A DNA stretch of 64,000 nt from Squalus acanthias (taxonomy: Eukaryota), in NCBI GenBank assembly GCA_030390025.1, contig CM059432.1, forward strand, positions 12,090,001-12,154,000, in the 5' to 3' direction. Positions 38,561 to 48,795 of the stretch are shown here, in pieces. Each line of letters opens with the position of its first letter. The stretch's first letter is position 1. The position numbers and the translations under genes were made by a program. The notes below the pieces were generated by a model. That model saw only the letters and a program-made list of their open reading frames with translations, did no database searches and had not been told where the DNA came from.

Positions 38561-41500
38561 GCAAGCAATTAGGAAAGCAAATGGTATGTTGGCCTTTATT
38601 ACAAGAGGATTTGAGTATAAGAGTAAAGACATCTTACTGCAATTATATCGGGCCCTGGTGAGACCACACCTGGAGTATTGTGTATAGTTTTGGTCTCCTT
38701 ACCTAAGGAAGGATATATTTGCCATAGAGGGAGTGCAACGAAGGTTCACCAGACTGCTTCCTGGAATGGGGGGATTGTCCTGTGAGGAGAGATTGAGTAG
38801 ACTAGGCCTATATTCTCTAGAGTTTAGAAGAATGAGAGGTGATCTCATTGAAACATACAACATTCTTACAGGGCTTGACAGTGTAGATGCAGGGAGGATG
38901 TTTCCACTAGCTGGGGAGTCTAGAACCAGGGGTCACAGTCTCAGAATAAGGGGTCGGCCATTTAGGACTGAGATGAGGAGAAATTTCTTCACTCAGAGGG
39001 TGGTGAATCTTTGGAATTCTCTACCCCAGAGGGCTGTGGAGGCTCAGTCGTTGAGTATATTCAGGACAGAGATCGATAGATTTTTGGATATTAAGGGAAA
39101 CAAGGGATATGGGGATAGTGCAGGAAAGTGGAGATGAGGTAGAAGATCAGCCATGCTCTTATTGAATGGCGGAGTAGGCTCAAGGGGCCAAATGGTCGAC
39201 TCCTGCTCCTATTTCTTATGTTCTTATGTACCCACCATATTGGTTTGCACTCGATCCTGTTTACCAGAGATACGCGAATCTCTACAACGGGGTGCTACCA
39301 GAGGACTGGAGAATTGCAAATGTTACATCCTTGTTCAAAAAAGGGTGGAGGGATAAACTCAGTAACTACAGGCCAGTCAGTTTCACCCTCGGTAGTAGGG
39401 AAGCTTTTAGAAACGATAATCCTGGACAAAATTAACAGTCACTTGGACAAGTGTGAATTAATTAAGGAAAGCCAGCACGGATTTGTTTAGGGCAAATCGT
39501 GTTTAACTAACTTGATTGAGTTTTTTGATGAGGTAACAGAGAGAATTGATGAGGGCAATGCGGTTGATGTGGTGTACATGGACTTTCAAAAGGTGTTTGA
39601 TAAAGTGCCACATAATAGGCTTGCCAGTAAAGTTGAAGCCCATGGAATAAAAGGGACAGTGGCAGCATGGATGCGAAATTGATTAATTGACAGGAAACAG
39701 AAAGTAGTGGTGAACGGTTGTTTTTCGGACTGGAGGAAGGTACACAGTGATGTTCCCCAGGGGTCAGTTCTAGGACCACTGCTTTTCTTGATATATATTA
39801 ATGACTTAGACAGGGCACAATTTCAAAATTTGCAGATGACAAAACTTGGAAGTACAGTGAACAGTGAGGAGGATAGTGATAGACTTCAAGAAGACATAGA
39901 CAGGCTGGTGGAATGGGTGGACACGTGGCAGATGAAATTTAACGCAGAAAAATGCGAAGTGATACATTTTGGTAGGAAGAATGAGGAGAGGCAATATAAA
40001 TTAAAGGGTACAATTCTAAAGGGGGTGCATGACCAGAGAGACCTGGGGGTATATGTGCACAAATCGTTGATGGGCAGGTTGAGAAAGCAGTTAAAAAAGC
40101 ATACGGGATCCTGGGCTTCATAAAGAGAGGCATAGAGTACAAAAGCAAGGAAATTATGATGAACCGTTATAAAACACTGGTTCGGCCTCAACTGGAGTAT
40201 TGTGTCCAATTCTGGGCACCGCACATTAGGAAGGATGTGAATGCCTTAGAGAGGGTACAGAAAAGATTTACAAGAATAGTTCCAAGGATGAGGGACTTCA
40301 GTTATGTGGATAGACTGTTGAAGCTGGGGTTGTTCTCCGGAATTGGCTTAAGGACAGAAAACAGCGAGTTGTGGTAAATGGCTGTTTTTAAGACTGGAGG
40401 ATGGTAGACAGTGGTGCTCCGCAAGGGTCAGTGCTGGGGACACTGCTTTTTTTGATACATATAAATGACCTGGATATTGGAATACGGAGTAGAATTTCTA
40501 AATTTGCCGATGACACCAAACTTGGGGGTGTGGCAAACAGTGATGATGATACCAATCAACTGCAACAGGACATAGAAAGGCTAGCAGAATGGGCAGACAA
40601 GTGGTAGATGGAATTTAATACAGAGAAGTGTGAGGTGATGCATTTTGGCGGAAGGAACAGGGAGAGGCAATATACACTTAATGGCACAGTTTTAAAGAGT
40701 GTACAGGGACAGAGGGACCTGGGAGTTAATGTGCATAGGTTCCTGAAGGTGGCGGGACATATTGAGAGAGTGGTTAGCAAAGCATATGGGATCTTGGGCT
40801 TCATAAATAGAGGTATTGAGTACAAAAGTAGAGAAGTTATGCTGAAACTTTATAAAGCGCTGGTTAGGCCACAACTGGAGTATTGCGTCCAGTTCTGGTC
40901 ACTACACTTTAGGAAGGATGTGAAGGCCCTTGAGAGGGTGCAGAGGAGATTTACCAGAATGGTTCCGGGGATGGGGGGATCTTAGCTACAAGGACAGGTT
41001 GGAGAAGCTGGATTTGTTTTCATTAGAGCAAAGGAGGTTGAGGGGTGATTTGATAGAGGTGTACAAGATTATGACGGGTTTGGATAGGCTAGACGTGGAA
41101 AGGCTGTTCCACTAGTTGATGGTACAAGGACTAGGAAACACAGATTTAAGGTTTTGGGCAAGAGATACAGGGGGGATGTGTGGAAAAACTTTTTCACGCA
41201 GCGAGTGGTGTCGACCTGAAACTCGCTGCCGACGGAAGTGGTGGAAGTGGAGACACTCAATGTTTTCAAGGGGAGACTGGATAGGCAGTTGAGGGAAATA
41301 AACTTGCAGGGCTACGGGGATAGAGCGGGGGAATGGAACTGATTGGATTGCTCTACAGAGAGCTGACACGGACTCGATGGGCTGAATGGCCTCCTTGTGT
41401 CGTTATGACTATGACTCCTAAGAGCAGAGAAGGTTGAGAGGAGATTTGATAGATGTGTTCAAAATCATGAGGGGTCTAGACAGAGTAGAGAGAGAGAAAC

Positions 41501-41787
41501 TGTTCCCATAGGCGGAAGGGTCGAGAACCAGAGGACACAGATTTAAGGTGATTGGCAGAAGAACCAAAGGCGACATGAGGAAAAACTTTTTTACGCAGCA
41601 AGTGGTTAGGATCCGGAATGCACTGCCTGAAAGGGTGGTGGAGGCAGACTCAATCGTGGCTTTCAAAAGAGAATTGGATAAGTACCTGAAGGGAAAAAAA
41701 TTTGCAGAGCTACTGGGAAAGGGCGGGGGAGTGTGACTAGCCGAAGTGCTCTTGCCTCCTTCTGTGCTGTAACCATTCTATGATTCT
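38556..41787 (+). mobile_element. Three plus-strand CR1 copies (38556-39228; 39280-40338 resuming 41415-41787; nested 40339-41414)
   Basis: Seen: RT motifs; the nested copy is flanked by a CTCC duplication and the host reads LGLFS/.EQRRLRGD across it. Confidence 0.88.
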
Positions 41788-41929
41788 AACTTGGGTTTTA
41801 CACACTGCATAATAGTCAAAGGAGAGTAAAATCAAGCGGGGTGTAAAACCAACTTTGCACTAGATCTCTTCAATTTCCCGACGGGCAGCTTGGCCCCCTT
41901 CCACAAGTCTATGTAGGCTGCAATTTGCT

Positions 41930-42270
41930 CCTCTTAGCGGCAGATGGCGCTGACCTCCCTGAACAACAACTCCTCCCCTCCCCAGTGCTGTGCGCTCTCC
42001 CACCGAGAGGTGGCGCCCACTCTCCGCCCACCCGGGGAGCCGCAGGTTATTCCTCCCGGCGGCAGGGGGCGCGGCCGCGCACCGAGACCCGAAGCCTGGG
42101 TGCCTAGCAACGAGAGCTGGGCGGCCTGAGGCCTGGCTTTACTCTCACTCCGTGCGCCGGCTCTGATGGACATCCCGCCGATACACAGGTGTCTGCAGGT
42201 GAGTGAAGTGACGGAGGGGCTCGCACCTGAACCTCCAGCGGCCGCGGTCCCTCTGAGACCGGGCACCCAG
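41930..42270 (+). promoter_or_regulatory. CpG-rich candidate promoter and first exon of an unidentified plus-strand gene
   Basis: Seen: non-repeat-like CpG-rich patch with three co-oriented CTCF-like motifs (41937, 42003, 42059), X-box-like GGTGCCTAGCAAC (42099-42111) and consensus donor CAG|GTGAGT at 42198/42199. Function is inferred. Confidence 0.55.
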
Positions 42271-42403
42271 ATCGGAGTTATACTGCCGAAAGTGTCACTT
42301 GACAATTCCCTGATATCACCTGCTATGGGATAAATAAAAGACTTTCTTTACAAAAGTCACAATAGCAATAGTATGGACACTCATCAGTGTGTTTAAAAAA
42401 TGA

Positions 42404-42701
42404 TGTGGAGATGCCGGTGTTGGACTGGGGTGGACAAATGTGAGAAGTCGCACAACACCAGGTTATAGTCCAACAGCTTTATTTGAAATCACAAGCTTTC
42501 TGAGCGCTGCTCCTTCGTCAGGTGAAGTGAAGAGATGCATATAGGCACAGCATATATAGTCATATAGTGTTCTCTGACTATATATGCTGTGCCTATATGC
42601 ATCTCTTCACTTCACCTGACGAAGGAGCAGCGCTCCGAAAGCTTGTGATTTCAAATAAAGCTGTTGGACTATAACCTGGTTATGTGCGACTTCTCACATT
42701 T
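42404..42701. mobile_element. Fold-back Penelope-like pLTR insertion (family B): 127-bp arms, 12-nt loop
   Basis: Seen: 42436-42562 is the reverse complement of 42575-42701 with 3 mismatches. Flanked by direct repeat TTTAAAAAATGA (42392-42403, 42699-42710). PLE assignment is inferred from the hammerhead motif and architecture. Confidence 0.75.
42612..42648 (+). ncRNA. Minimal hammerhead ribozyme-like motif (Penelope-associated type)
   Basis: Seen: TCAC-CTGACGA-A-GGAGC-AGC-GCTCC-GAAA-GC-TT-GTGA, i.e. stem I TCAC/GTGA, 5-bp stem II, palindromic AGCT. The mirror copy on the minus strand (about 42489-42525) has one stem II substitution. Confidence 0.75.
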
Positions 42702-44183
42702 AAAAAATGACTTTCATTTCTATGGTGCTTTTCACGCCCTCAGGGCAGCGCAAAGCTCTTTACAGCCAATGAAGTACTTTTTGAAGTGCAGTCACTGTTG
42801 TAATGTAGAAAACACGGCAGCCAATTTGCGCACAGCAAGCTCCCACAAACCAACGATAATGGCCAGATAATCTGCTTTAGTGATGATTGAGGGATAAGTA
42901 TTGGCTAGGACACCGGGGATAACTCTTCAAAATAGTACTGTGGGATAAGAACATAAGAAATTGGAGCAGGAGTAGGCCATAATGCCCCTTCAGCCTGCTC
43001 CGCCATTCAGTAAGATCATGGCTGATCATAGACCTCAACTCCACTTTCCCGCCCTGATCTCCATATCCCTTGATTCTCCTGGAGTCCAAACATCTATCAA
43101 TCTCAGCCTTGAATATACTCAAAGATTCAGCATTCACAGCCCTCTGGGGCAGAGAATTTCAAAGATTCACAACCCTCTGAGTGAAGAAATTCCTCCTCAT
43201 TTCTGTCTTAAATGGCCTACCCCTTATCCTGAGACTATGCCCCCTAGTTCTAGACACTCCAGCCAGAGGAAAAAACTCTCCGCATCTACCCTGTCAATCC
43301 CCTTCAGAATCTTGTATGTTTCAATGAGATCACTGCTCATTCTTCTAAACTCCAGACAGTATAGGCCCAATCTACTCAATCTCTAATCATAGGACAGCCC
43401 TCTCATCCCAGGAATCAATTTAGTGAACCTTCGTTTCACCGCCTCCAAGGCAAGTATATTCTTCCTTAGATAAGGAGACCAAAACTGTGCACAGTACTCC
43501 AGGTGTGGTCTCACCAAGGCCCTGTACAATTGTAGCAAAACTTCCTTACTCTTGTACTCCAACCCCCTTGCAATAAAGGCCAACATGCCATTTGCCTTCC
43601 TTATTGCTTGCTGTTCCTGCATGCTAGCTTTCTGTGTTTCTTGCACAAGGACACCCAAATCTCTCTGAACACCAACATTTAATAGTTTCTCACCATTTAA
43701 ATAAAATTCAGTTTTTCTGTTCTTCCTACCAAAGTAAATAACACCACATTTCCCTACATTATACTCCATCTGCCACCTTACTGCCCACTCACTTAGTCTA
43801 TCTATATCCCTTTGCAGACTCTTTGGGGGAAAAATTAGGTCGCGCCCCATTTGGGGCGCAAATATCGTCTGGACGCAAATATTAGCGCCTGGCGCTAATT
43901 ATCGCCACTGACTGGAAACTTCACTTTTACCGCCCCGGGAGGTGAGTGGAGCGCTAAATCAGGTGCTGCACACCTGTCTTAAGGCGCAAAGGCCGAGCAG
44001 TGAGGCGCTAACTCAGCGCGCGAGCGCAGCACAGCTGCTGCCAGTTAGCGAGGGAACACAGACACACTGGCGCCGGCCACTTCTTAAAGCGGGGGGGTCC
44101 AACTTGCTCCCCAGCCACACCCTGCTCATTGCAGCCTTGAATCTCGGCCTGGAGAGACCTGTGAATCCATTTTGCTGCCAAGG

Positions 44184-46003
44184 ATGGAGAGGGAGAGAGA
44201 ACGAGCTCATCGCTTCACCGAGCGGGCCTTGGATGCTCTGGTTGGCGCGGTGGAGCGCAGAAGATGTATACTCTTCCCTGAGAGTGGCAGGAGGCCTTTG
44301 CCACGCGAGTTCAGAAGAGTGTGGAGGGAGGTGGCTCAGAGCGTCTCCTCCAGGAGCATGGTGCCCAGGACCCATACTCAATGCCGCAAAAAGTTCAACG
44401 ACCTCACTCGGGTCGTCAGGGTGAGTGGCTTTTTCTCAATACCTCTCCATCCCTCCATCTCAACCTCACTCTATGGCCAGAGGGTCTTAAAACCCCAATG
44501 CACAACACTCATCCAACACCTATGGCCCTTTCATGAAACACACACACACATTCCACACTTTGCATACAGTAAGGGCTATTCACCTATGGGAGGCACATCA
44601 GGCAAGACCATGGCTGCATACAGTAAGGGCTATTCACCTATGGGAGGCACATCAGGCAAGACCATGGCTGTATATTTACTCAGATGCTGTCCTTTTTCTT
44701 GCAGGCCAAGCTGGCGCATAATCGGAGACAGCAGCAACGGACAGGTGGAGGGCGGCCTCAGCTGCAACCCCTCAGCGATCTTGAGGAGCGCGTCCACAGG
44801 ATTGTGGCAAGCCGGGTGATCGGTCCCGTCGCCACTGGAGACGCCGACCCCGTTCTGGACAGCAATGGTAAGGTCATCACCTTTTTGTCCTCTGTCCTTC
44901 CACTTGTCCCTCACAACACCAGCCTTTGACACTTTCAATCCAACTTGCTAACTCGCTGCACTTATTCCTCCCTTACTGCCACCCTGTCCTCACGCTAAAG
45001 CCACTCTTGTACCTCCCTGCTTTCAGATGGTGATTCACCAGCTGAGGAGACGGGCCCTGAAGCTGCCACTGGGAGTGAAGCTGCAGCCGAGGAGGAAGAG
45101 GAAGCCGGAGCATCAGTGCCACCCTCTCCCGAGGAAGCCCATGCCCACACTGGGAACACGCCTTCCCTGGAGGGGAGCAGGGGGGAAGGGTCTGATGAGG
45201 GTGAAGCTCCAGGACCCAGCGGGCTGCAGCAACGCCATGGGGGTAGGGAAGAACGGGGGCCTTCTCCCCAGAGGGAGAGTATGCCAGACACTCCTACTGC
45301 AATGGACGCAGAGGAGGAGCGGCTGATCGCAGAAATGAACACCCAGGCGGTGGGCATGCACACTGAGCTCATGGGTGCAGTGGGAAGGGTGCCCGAATGC
45401 ATTGAGTCACTGGCAAGGAGTGTGGAGCACTTCGCTGTAGCACAGGCGGATGCCACACTAACGCTTAGTGCTGCAATTCAGTCACTGGCTGCCGTGATCC
45501 CATCTCTGACTGCTCTCATGCAGACTCAGATTGAGGCCACGCGAGCACAGACTGCTGCCAACCTCGATGGTTCGTTCACATGTCCCCGGGGCTGTCACCG
45601 CGCCGCAGCAGGCCAGCAATCTGTTCTCCAGCAGATTGCTCCGGATACTGAAGTGCTGCCCCGTGGGAGTGCCAGTGTGTCGGGCGAGCAGGGAGTTGCT
45701 GTCCTCTCTCACGATGACAGCATTCCTGCTGCCAACACTGTCACTTCTCCACTGCACTTGCCACCGCCTGTAGGACAGACTGCTGCTGCCCATGCAGAGT
45801 TGGTGCAGTCTGCAGCCGGGCCCTCCAGGCCCAGAACTGGTCAAGGCCGTCCTTCAGGGGCATCTGCAGTGTCAGGGTCTGACGAGCAGCAGCCTTCCAC
45901 CAGCCTTGCTGCAGCCACTGAGGTCCCATTACGGAGGAGCAGTAGGGTTAGAAGGGGGGAAGTGCGCAAGGGAAGGAGATCACCCTCGAAGGGCAAAAAG
46001 TAG
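44184..46003 (+). CDS. Harbinger Myb/SANT-like DNA-binding protein (NAIF1/MSANTD-like), 3 exons: 44184-44420, 44705-44867, 45027-46003; 458 aa
   Basis: Seen: ATG 44184; donors GTGAGT (44421) and GTAAGG (44868); acceptors ..TTTTTCTTGCAG (44704) and ..CTGCTTTCAG (45026); phases 0 and 1 give an open 1377-nt CDS ending in TAG. Known: RFTERALDALV..WREVA..RTHTQCRKKFNDL plus a downstream TGGG motif match Harbinger Myb-like partners. Confidence 0.88.
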
Positions 46004-46313
46004 GAGGTGTGACAAAATGCTGGTCATTTTTTTATTAAAGGTCGAGGTTCGTGGTCCAACTTTTGTTTAGTGTTTTGGACATTATCTCCAGGTTGTGAGA
46101 ACCAGTTATGTTATTGACTTTTTTTGTGTTTATTTCTATGAGTTTGTCATGAGGAATTGACACACACAGAGTTTGTAAAATAAATAAGTTTCTGTATTCA
46201 AAATATACATGGTTGGTGGTTGGAATTATTGGTGCCTTGGCCGGCTTAGGGGTTGCGTGCTGGGTTCATTGATGTTGTTAGCAATGGCAGAAGCCATTTC
46301 CACAGCAGGGGCC

Positions 46314-47472
46314 CTAGAAGCGGCTTGCTATCAGCCGTTGACGGACGGCCCTTGCAGTTTGACCATTGTGGGCCGCCCTCCCGCCTTGGTGCTGCTGATG
46401 ATCATCCTCCTCGTCCTCTTCCTCCTCTTCCTCCTCCTCCTCTGGTGGTGCTCCAAGGCCTGGTGGCATTGGCTGGGTCCTGAGGATTGCCATGTTATGC
46501 AACATGCAGCACACAACTACGAAGTTGGATACTCGCTCAGGCGAGTACTGCAGGGCTCCTCCAGAATGGTCGAGACAGCGGAACCGTTGCTTCAGCACGC
46601 CGATTGTGCGCTCAATTATGTTCCTGGTAGCTTGATGGCTCTCATTGTACCGCAGCTCAGCAGGGGTGTTGGGCGTACGGAGCGGTGTCATCAGCCAGGT
46701 GCTCAATGCATACCCCTTGTCCCCGAGAAGCCAACCAACTGGCTGATGCGGTGCCTCAAAGTTCTCCCACAGTAGTCTGGCGCAGGATAAAAGCATCGTG
46801 GCAGCTGCCAGGATAGTGGGCATTGACAGCGAGTATCAGCTGTCTGTGGTCACAGACCAACTGAACATTCAAGGAATGGAACCCCTTTCTGTTCCGGAAT
46901 TCCTCGGCATTCTCATGTGGAGCACGCAAAGCCACATGCGTGCAGTCAATGGCGCCCTGCACCATGGGGAAGCCCGCTATCCTCGCAAAGCCCAGAGCGC
47001 GGTCACGCTGCTTGTCTGGGGTCATGGGGAAAGAGATGAACTCTCGTCTCCTTTTAAAGAGGGCATTTGTGACCTGCCGGATGCAGCAATGCACCGCGAA
47101 CTGGGAGATATTGGCGAGGTCCCCAGCAGCAGCTTGAAATGAGCCAGTAGCGTAGAAGTTGAGAGCCACTGTGACCTTCACTGCCACCGACAGAGACGTT
47201 CTGGACCTCAGTTGAGGCTGCAGATCTGGCTGCAGCAGGTGGCAGAGCTCAGTGACCACCTCCTTGCTGAATCGCAGCCTTCGCAAACACAGCTCCTCAG
47301 ACATATGAATGTAGGAGAGATGTTCACGATATACCCTGGGAGGGTAAGCTCTCCTGTACATACGCCTGTTGGCCCTCCTCCGTCTGGCCATCATTGCCAC
47401 TCTCTCTCTGCGTCTCTGTGTCCTCCGATTCAGCTGGAGCAGGACGACGCCCCCAATCAGTGCAGCCCCCAT
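46314..47472 (-). pseudogene. Harbinger (HARBI1-like, DDE_Tnp_4) transposase with a single frameshift near 46765-46775
   Basis: Seen: ATG at 47472; two overlapping ORFs give [52 protein letters not shown], then [39 protein letters not shown]. Known: catalytic D-D-E motifs of Harbinger transposases. Confidence 0.93.
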
Positions 47473-48059
47473 AGTCTCTTTGCAAGCAAAGTAATGAAGG
47501 ACAGCAACCAAAGTAGCAGCGAAGTTATGATCAGTAGGCAAAACTACCTCACAAAGTGTTGAGTCAATGCAGAAGTCTCTCTTTCTCTCTCTCCGAATCT
47601 CTCTCTCTCTCTCAGAACGAGTGGTGCGAAAATGTCCACCACAGAAAAAGACAGGAAGAGGCCCCCTTTAAATAGCGCCCCCCCCCCCCAGCCCCACAGC
47701 GATTGATAGTGTTCCAGTCTTCCGGTCGTTGGATGCGCCAGGCGGTAAGGCAGGGGGCGCCACTCAATTTCCACTCCGGGGCGCCACAAGGGCGTTGCAC
47801 CATGGAATGACGTCACAATCTGCGCGCGCAGGTGGTCGCAGCGGTAAGGTTTAGCGCCGCCGCACAATCTCTAGTTAAGTTCCCGAGCGGCGCAAACATC
47901 GCTGCGCCCGGGCGTTAGCGGCTTTGCGCCCCATTAGCGCCCTCTTAAGGCGCTAACGGGAGGCGCAACCAACTGAATTTTTACCCCTTTGTGTTCTCCT
48001 CACTGATTACTGTCCCACCTAGCTTTGTATTGTCAGCAAACTTGGATACATTACACTTG

Positions 48060-48795
48060 GGGGAAAAAATTGAATTGCGCCCCTTTTGGGGCGCTAACTT
48101 CGCCGGGGCGCTAAAAGTAGCGCCCCGAAAAAATTAGCACCCCTGCGGCCGAAATTCACCGGTAGCGCCCCAAGAGGGAAGCAGGGTGCTACTGGAAGCA
48201 CCCTGCCACCCTCTTGGGGCGCTGCGAGTGAATTTCACAGTGGCGCTGCGGCACATCACACCGCGGTACTGCAGGCCTTCCTCTCCTTAAAGGGGAGGGG
48301 CCTTGCGCAGCGCGACCTGGGGCCCAGCTGGGCCACCAGGGATCGGAGTGCCGGCAAAAGAGCCTGGCACTCAAGAGAAGTGTCGGGCTCACGGAGCGCA
48401 GCCGGCACTCCGCGGGCGGGGCTTCAGAGGAGGCCGGGGACGGCAGAGGGGGCAGGTGCTGGCAGGTGGCCAGCAACAAAAATGGCCGCCTGACATCTTC
48501 CCTTTAATTAGTACCGCCCCGACCGCAGGTAGGCCCCTCTGACCCCGTCGGACATAGCCCGGTGGTAAGTCAGGGGGCGCTACCGAAGATCGTGGCTGGG
48601 GTGTGAGCGGGGCGCTGCGCACGGCGATGACGTCATCGTTGGCGGCGGGGCGCTAACAGTTACCGCCGCCGCTAACCTCCCGCTGAATTTCGCGGGAGGT
48701 GTTGGTGGCACCGCGCCCAGGCGCTAGTTGCTTTGCGTCCTGTTAGCGCCCTCTTAGGGCGCTAACAAGGCCCAAAGCAACCGAATTTTTAGGCC
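48060..48795 (+). mobile_element. Non-autonomous Harbinger MITE (736 bp), subfamily N1
   Basis: Seen: termini GGGGAAAAAATT / AATTTTTAGGCC, TSD TTG, subterminal sequences similar to both ends of 43825-47987. Inserted in the same CR1 copy 72 bp from the large element. Confidence 0.88.

Larger units (their letters stand above)
43825..47987. mobile_element. Near-intact two-gene PIF/Harbinger DNA transposon (4163 bp)
   Basis: Seen: termini GGGGGAAAAATT / AATTTTTACCCC (12-bp TIR, 1 mismatch) and 3-bp TSD TTT. It interrupts a minus-strand CR1 that reads through when the element is removed (..gcagactc TTT gtgttctc..). Contains convergent Myb-like and DDE transposase genes. Known: this two-gene layout with a 3-bp TSD defines PIF/Harbinger. 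Confidence 0.95.

Noticed and set aside
44172..47541. Domesticated host HARBI1/NAIF1 locus
   Set aside because: Both genes are bounded by TIRs and a TSD inside a LINE, and the transposase is frameshifted, so this is a transposon copy.
46209..47562. Plus-strand ORFs overlapping the transposase
   Set aside because: Antisense shadows of a GC-rich coding strand with no recognisable domain.
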